Assembly: GCA_900768125.1 (NCBI GenBank) | Contig: CAAGBS010000024.1 | Location: 8,650-72,649, forward strand | Reading direction: 5' to 3' | Source of the DNA: Oscillospiraceae bacterium | GTDB lineage: Bacteria; Bacillota; Clostridia; Oscillospirales; Ruminococcaceae | DNA length: 64,000 bases | Program-made: the position numbers and the translations under genes | Notes under the pieces: generated by a model | Seen by the model: the letters and a program-made list of their open reading frames with translations, nothing else | What the model was told of the DNA's origin: nothing | Database searches by the model: none | Shown here: piece by piece, positions 57,843 through 64,000 of the stretch | How positions within the stretch are numbered: position 1 is the stretch's first letter | Layout: the number at the start of each line of letters is the position of its first letter

Positions 57843-58654
57843 TGGCATTCACAAACGAACAGCTCGAGCGCTACTCCCGTCACATCATTCTGAAAGAAGT
57901 CGGCGCGAAGGGGCAGAAGAAGCTGCTCAACGCCAGGGTGCTGATAATCGGCGCGGGCGGTCTGGGCGCTCCTGCGGCGCTTTACCTCGCGGCTGCGGGC
58001 GTAGGCACCATCGGTATCGCCGACGCTGACGAGGTGGACCTCTCCAACCTCCAGCGCCAGGTCATTCACACCACCGCCGATGTCGGCAAGGCTAAGGTGC
58101 AGTCCGCAAAGGAGACGATGGAAGCCATCAACCCTGATGTCAAGGTCAACACCTACCGCACGTTCATCGACAGCGAAAATATCCTTGATATCATCAAGGA
58201 TTACGATTTCGTCATCGACGGCACCGACAACTTCCCGGCAAAGTTCCTGATAAACGACGCGTGCGTAATGGCTAAGAAGCCGTTCTCACACGCGGGTATA
58301 ATCCGCTTCAAGGGTCAGCTGATGACCTACGTTCCCGGACAGGGTCCCTGCTACCGCTGCGTATTCAAGAACCCGCCGCCCAAGGACGCAGTTCCCACCT
58401 GCAAGCAGGCGGGAGTTATCGGCGCGATGGGCGGCGTTATCGGCAGTTTGCAGGCTATGGAAGCTATAAAGTACATTCTCGGCGTCGGCGACCTGCTGAC
58501 CGGATATCTGCTGACCTACGACGCGCTGAAGATGGAGTTCCGCAAGATAAAGCTGCCGTCCGACACCAGCAAATGCCCGATATGCGGCGAACACCCGACA
58601 ATTACAAAGCTCATCGACTATGAGCAGGCTGAATGCGATGGAGTTCATTTATGA
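57842..58654 (+). CDS. ThiF/MoeB/HcyF-family adenylyltransferase
   Basis: RYSRH, GAGGLG, SNLQRQ, DGTDNF, CYRC, CPIC. Confidence 0.93.
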   Translation: MAFTNEQLERYSRHIILKEVGAKGQKKLLNARVLIIGAGGLGAPAALYLAAAGVGTIGIADADEVDLSNLQRQVIHTTADVGKAKVQSAKETMEAINPDVKVNTYRTFIDSENILDIIKDYDFVIDGTDNFPAKFLINDACVMAKKPFSHAGIIRFKGQLMTYVPGQGPCYRCVFKNPPPKDAVPTCKQAGVIGAMGGVIGSLQAMEAIKYILGVGDLLTGYLLTYDALKMEFRKIKLPSDTSKCPICGEHPTITKLIDYEQAECDGVHL

Positions 58655-59061
58655 TAAAGCTATCAAGGTCTGATTACGAAAAGATACTCGCCCACGCTGA
58701 AAAGGAGCTTCCGGACGAAGCCTGCGGTCTTATCGCGGGAACTATAGAGGGCGGCGACAAGCTGATAAAGAAAGTGTATCTGCTCACTAACACCGACCAT
58801 TCCAACGAACATTTCAGCATGGACCCAAAAGAGCAGCTTGCGGCTATAAAGGACATGCGCGCGAACGGATTAGTCCCGCTCGGCAACTGGCACAGCCACC
58901 CGGAGTCGCCGTCAAGACCGTCCGAGGAAGACAAGCGGCTTGCCTATGACAGCAAGGCAAGCTACATGATACTTTCGCTGATGGACAGGAGCGCCCCGGT
59001 GCTCAATTCTTTCCATATCTCCGGAGCGGACGCGGAAAAGGAACAGCTTGAAATTATCTGA
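58651..59061 (+). CDS. JAMM/MPN (M67) metallopeptidase, HcyD-like
   Basis: PDEACG, WHSHPESPSRPSEED. Confidence 0.92.
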   Translation: MIKLSRSDYEKILAHAEKELPDEACGLIAGTIEGGDKLIKKVYLLTNTDHSNEHFSMDPKEQLAAIKDMRANGLVPLGNWHSHPESPSRPSEEDKRLAYDSKASYMILSLMDRSAPVLNSFHISGADAEKEQLEII

Positions 59062-59160
59062 TGATATAAGCGCTGACAGCTGATGCCAGCGCTTATTTTT
59101 ACAATTCTGAAAAGAATACGTCCCAGTTCAACAAAACAAGCGTTTTTTCGCATATTTCTC

Positions 59161-59189
59161 TTGACAATCGCGGTGTTGTTTGGTATAAT
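59161..59189 (+). promoter_or_regulatory. SigA promoter of ilvBNC
   Basis: TTGACA-17-TATAAT. Confidence 0.8.
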
Positions 59190-59258
59190 AATACCGTATA
59201 GAATAATGAAATTTGAGTGCGCCGCCAAGGTACGGCGTATGAAAGGAATGTCCAGAAT

Positions 59259-60887
59259 TTGAGTAAGGTTCGTATGACAGTGGCAAAGGCGATGACTGAA
59301 TGTCTTGCCGCCGAGGGTATCTCGACCGTTTTCGGCTACCCGGGCGCAGCTATCTGCCCTTTTTATGATGAATTATACAAGACTGATATACGCCACATTC
59401 TCGTCCGCCATGAGGTGAACGGGGGTCATGCGGCAAGCGGTTACGCGCGTATCACCGGAAAGCCCGCGGTTGCCATCGCCACCAGCGGTCCGGGTGCGCT
59501 AAACCTTATCACCGCCATTGCCACCGCTTATATGGATTCAGTGCCGATGGTCGTCATCACCGGTCAGGTCAACTCCGACCAGATAGGCCGCGACGTTTTC
59601 CAGGAGGCTGATATCACAGGTTCTGCGGAGCCTTTCGTAAAGCACAGCTACCTGCTGAAGCGTCCGGAGGACACCGCGGAGGTGTTCAAGCGCGCGTTCT
59701 ACATTGCGGGCACCGGCAGACGCGGCCCTGTGCTGATAGACGTTCCGTTCGATGTCCAGAAAGCTGAAATAAATTTCGAATATCCCGAAACCGTGGATAT
59801 CCGCAGCTATCGTCCCAGCAGCACCGGCAACGGCAACCAGATAAAGCGTGCGGCGGCGGCTATCGCAGAATCAAAGAAGCCGCTCATTCTCGCCGGCGGC
59901 GGATTGTTCACCGGTGACGCGGCAGCGCTCATGCGGCAGTTCGCTGAAAAGACCGATATCCCCGTAGTTTCCACTATGATGGGTCTCGGCGCTATCCCGA
60001 CTGATTCCCCGCTGTTCTACGGAATGCTCGGAATGCACGGCTGCAAAGCTGCAAACAACGCAGTAAACACCTGCGATACGCTCATTCTGATGGGCGCAAG
60101 GGTAGGCGACCGAGCGATAGCGGCAATGAAGCAGCGCGATGACCTGACTGTTATCCACATAGATATAGATCCCGCCGAAATAGGAAAGAACCTTGACGTT
60201 GATATCCCGATAGTCGGCGACCTGACGCTGGTTCTCGGACAGCTTCTTGAAGCAGTCAGCGGCGGCACGGACCGCACTGAATGGAAAAAGACGCTAAACG
60301 CACTGCGCGAGGACAAGGCTCCAGAGCCCGCTCCCGCAGGTCACGTTAATCCGAAGGCTTTCATCAAGGCGCTTGACAAGCAGCTGCCCGCTGACGCGGT
60401 CGTAGTTGCGGACGTAGGGCAGAATCAGATATGGACTGCACGCAACATCACCATCAACGGCGGCAGATTCCTGACGTCCGGCGGCATGGGCACGATGGGT
60501 TATTCCCTCCCCGCCGCGATAGGTGCGAAGCTTGCAGACCCGTCTAGACAGGTCGTTGCGGTATGCGGCGACGGCTCTTTCCAGATGCAGATGATGGAAC
60601 TTGCCACCGCTGTTCAGCATGACGTTCCGGTCAAAGTCATCGTGATGAGAAACAACTACCTCGGCATGGTGCGCGAACTGCAGGAAAAAGCCTACGACAA
60701 CAGACTGATGGCAGTTTCTATAGATGGAAGCCCCTGCTTCACAAAGCTCGCGGACGCCTACGGTATCCCGAACGAGCTTGTGGACAGCCCCGATAAAATG
60801 GACGGCGCAATAAAGCGAATGCTGGAGTCCGACAGACCGTACCTCATAGAAGCCGCGGTCGAGGACTTTGAAAAGACGATTCTTTGA
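59259..60887 (+). CDS. ilvB: Acetolactate synthase large subunit (start TTG 59259 or ATG 59274)
   Basis: FGYPG, RHE, TSGPGALN, GQV, FQEAD, GDGSFQM. Confidence 0.95.
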   Translation: MSKVRMTVAKAMTECLAAEGISTVFGYPGAAICPFYDELYKTDIRHILVRHEVNGGHAASGYARITGKPAVAIATSGPGALNLITAIATAYMDSVPMVVITGQVNSDQIGRDVFQEADITGSAEPFVKHSYLLKRPEDTAEVFKRAFYIAGTGRRGPVLIDVPFDVQKAEINFEYPETVDIRSYRPSSTGNGNQIKRAAAAIAESKKPLILAGGGLFTGDAAALMRQFAEKTDIPVVSTMMGLGAIPTDSPLFYGMLGMHGCKAANNAVNTCDTLILMGARVGDRAIAAMKQRDDLTVIHIDIDPAEIGKNLDVDIPIVGDLTLVLGQLLEAVSGGTDRTEWKKTLNALREDKAPEPAPAGHVNPKAFIKALDKQLPADAVVVADVGQNQIWTARNITINGGRFLTSGGMGTMGYSLPAAIGAKLADPSRQVVAVCGDGSFQMQMMELATAVQHDVPVKVIVMRNNYLGMVRELQEKAYDNRLMAVSIDGSPCFTKLADAYGIPNELVDSPDKMDGAIKRMLESDRPYLIEAAVEDFEKTIL

Positions 60888-60900
60888 CGGGGGTGCATGC

Positions 60901-61392
60901 ATGAAGCATACAATTTCAGTTCTGGTAGAAAACCATGCTGGCGTTCTCGCGAGAGTAGCCGGTCTGTTCGCGCGCAGAGGCTTCAACATTGACAGCCTTG
61001 CCGTTGGCGTTACCGACGACGAGAACGTATCACGCATTACAATAGTCGCCGATGGAAGCGCCTACACGCTTGAACAGATAGAAAAGCAGCTGAACAAACT
61101 GATAGATGTCATCAAAGTGAAGACGCTGCACAATGAATCGGCGGTGACGCGCGAACTGGTGCTGATAAAAGTCAGCTGCACGCAGAAGCAGCGCGCTGAA
61201 CTCATCAGCATTGCAGAGATCGCCAAGGGGAAGATCTCGGACATCTCCCCCAGCTCGATGACGATAGAATTGTCCGACACCAAGCAGAATCTCGACACAT
61301 ACGAGGAACTGCTGCGTCCCTACGGAATAAAGGAAGTAGTCCGCACAGGCACGATTGCCATGCAGAAGGGCGAAGCCGCCGTAAGGGTTTGA
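60901..61392 (+). CDS. ilvN: Acetolactate synthase small subunit
   Basis: VENHAGVLARVAGLFARRGFNIDSL, KQLNKLIDV, EVVRTG. Confidence 0.95.
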   Translation: MKHTISVLVENHAGVLARVAGLFARRGFNIDSLAVGVTDDENVSRITIVADGSAYTLEQIEKQLNKLIDVIKVKTLHNESAVTRELVLIKVSCTQKQRAELISIAEIAKGKISDISPSSMTIELSDTKQNLDTYEELLRPYGIKEVVRTGTIAMQKGEAAVRV

Positions 61393-62550
<1,158 letters not shown>

Positions 62551-62567
62551 TCTTCCTTTAAACAACG

Positions 62568-62601
62568 AACTCCGCTGTGATATCCACGGCGGAGTTTTTT
62601 T
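62568..62601 (+). terminator. Terminator after ilvC
   Basis: AACTCCGCTGTG...CACGGCGGAGTT followed by a T tract. Confidence 0.8.
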
Positions 62602-62643
62602 ATTAAAAAACGGCTGCCCGAACCGGACAGCCGCCATTTTATT

Positions 62644-63483
62644 TTACTTTTTCCACTTCATCGAGATATCGAAAGCCTTGACGCTGTGAGTAAGTGCACC
62701 GAGCGAGATTATATCAACGCCGGTCTCAGCGACCTCGCGGATATTTTCCATCGTGACGTTGCCGCTCGCCTCCAGCTTAGCCCTGCCGTTGACCAACTTC
62801 ACAGCCTGCGCCATTGTGGGGCAGTCCATGTTGTCCAGCATGATGACGTTAACGCCGCAGTCGACCGCTTCCTGAACCTCGTCAAGATTTCTGGTCTCGA
62901 CCTCTATCTGTAACATATGTCCCGCTTTCTGGCGCAGCGCGTTGACTGCCGGAGTAATTCCGCCGTATGCGTCGATGTGATTATCCTTCAGCATAGCCGC
63001 GTCAGTCAGGTTGTACCGGTGATTTCTGCCCCCGCCGACCGTTACCGCATACTTCTGCAGCGGGCGAAGTCCGGGGAGAGTCTTGCGCGTGTCCGCAATG
63101 CTTGCGTTGGTGCCCTTTACAAGCTCCACGCACTTGTTGGTGTAGCTGGAGATTCCGCTCATGTGCTGGAGAATGTTCAGCGAAGTGCGCTCCGCTTTCA
63201 GCATAAGGCGGGTGTGTCCGGTGAAATCCGCGATGATGTCGCCGTATTTCACCTTGTCGCCGTCCTTGAAATGGCACTCTATCTTCATATCCGGGTCGAG
63301 TATCGTGAACACTCTCAGCGCAACTTCAAGTCCGCACAGAACGCCGTCCGCCTTTGCCATGAAGTACGCAGATGAAACGCTGTCCTCGGGGATAAGCAGG
63401 TCTGCAGTGCTGTCTATGTAGTTGATATCCTCGGTCAGCGCAGTCTTAATAATGTCGTCAACATAAAACGGTAGGAGTATCAT
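62644..63483 (-). CDS. nadC: Nicotinate-nucleotide pyrophosphorylase
   Basis: [34 protein letters not shown]. Confidence 0.96.
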   Translation of the reverse strand: MILLPFYVDDIIKTALTEDINYIDSTADLLIPEDSVSSAYFMAKADGVLCGLEVALRVFTILDPDMKIECHFKDGDKVKYGDIIADFTGHTRLMLKAERTSLNILQHMSGISSYTNKCVELVKGTNASIADTRKTLPGLRPLQKYAVTVGGGRNHRYNLTDAAMLKDNHIDAYGGITPAVNALRQKAGHMLQIEVETRNLDEVQEAVDCGVNVIMLDNMDCPTMAQAVKLVNGRAKLEASGNVTMENIREVAETGVDIISLGALTHSVKAFDISMKWKK

Positions 63484-64000
63484 TCTTCCTTGCCCTTCCT
63501 TTCAAGTACCTCAGAGAGGATTATATATGCAACTGTAACCAGCGACTTTGTCTCGACAAAATCTGCAGTTATCTCATAGCCGCTGTTGTAAACCTGGTCT
63601 TTAAGTTCCTTTATACGCGTGAGACCCTTTTCAGCCTCCTCGTAATTCGGCTTGATGAAGTACGCTTTCTGCATGATGTGGCGTATCTCGGTGCGGATAC
63701 CGTGCGGAAGCGGCTTGCCCTCCGGCGAACTCATCGGATACTCGATTGTTTCGCGGTCATCCTCGCGGCGGTTCTTGTTGATATCTTCGGCGATAAGGCG
63801 GGAGAACACCAGAGCCTCCAGCAGGGAGTTGCTGGCGAGGCGGTTCTTTCCGTGAACGCCGGTGTGGGAGCACTCGCCCGCAGCGTAAAGCCCCGGGATA
63901 TTAGTCGCGCCCTTTCCGTCAACATTTATTCCGCCCATAAGGTAATGCTGACAGGGATAAACCGGGAACGGCTCCTTGGTCATGTCGTAGCCCTTTTCCA
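63480..64000 (-). CDS. nadB: L-aspartate oxidase, 3' part (truncated by the window edge)
   Basis: [29 protein letters not shown]; overlaps the nadC start. Confidence 0.9.
   Translation of the reverse strand, partial: EKGYDMTKEPFPVYPCQHYLMGGINVDGKGATNIPGLYAAGECSHTGVHGKNRLASNSLLEALVFSRLIAEDINKNRREDDRETIEYPMSSPEGKPLPHGIRTEIRHIMQKAYFIKPNYEEAEKGLTRIKELKDQVYNSGYEITADFVETKSLVTVAYIILSEVLERKGKEE

Noticed and set aside
57636..58654. thiS/thiF as thiamine biosynthesis genes
   Set aside because: No thiG/thiH/thiE nearby; the capped C-terminus, JAMM protease, sulfite reductase and MetY context point to amino-acid sulfur incorporation.
59100..59258. T-box or leader-peptide attenuator, or CodY box, before ilvB
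   Set aside because: The leader is only about 60-80 nt with no terminator; the CodY-like ACAATTCTGAAAAGA match is too degenerate to call.

Overview
64-kb chromosomal segment of a moderately GC-rich Firmicute; the NPXTG-type sortase substrates, a dockerin and ECF/anti-sigma pairs suggest Oscillospiraceae/Ruminococcaceae (inference). From left to right: (1) a MoxR AAA+ gene at the end of five tandem paralogous small membrane-protein genes; (2) housekeeping genes (MsmK-type ATPase, transglutaminase-like protein, queH, ung, rnhA); (3) a 14-kb operon with two LolD-type ATPases, a 998-aa solute-binding protein, four sugar permeases and NHL/TPR, YIP1 and DUF5696-like genes; (4) four surface-protein genes, including a sortase-anchored cohesin-like protein next to a 1038-aa non-catalytic dockerin protein; (5) tRNA-Arg(CCT) and two ECF sigma/anti-sigma pairs; (6) an 18-kb sulfur-assimilation region with siroheme synthesis, an aryl-sulfate sulfotransferase (ASST)-like enzyme plus ABC importer, thioredoxins, and a ThiS/ThiF/JAMM/sulfite-reductase/MetY thiocarboxylate pathway; (7) ilvBNC and nadCB. 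The most notable candidate system is the sulfur region. It has no ATP sulfurylase or APS reductase in the window, its six promoters each carry a shared palindromic box, and an unannotated Cys-rich leader peptide overlaps an anti-SD sequence ahead of the importer operon. All family assignments come from recognising motifs by eye; no searches were run.
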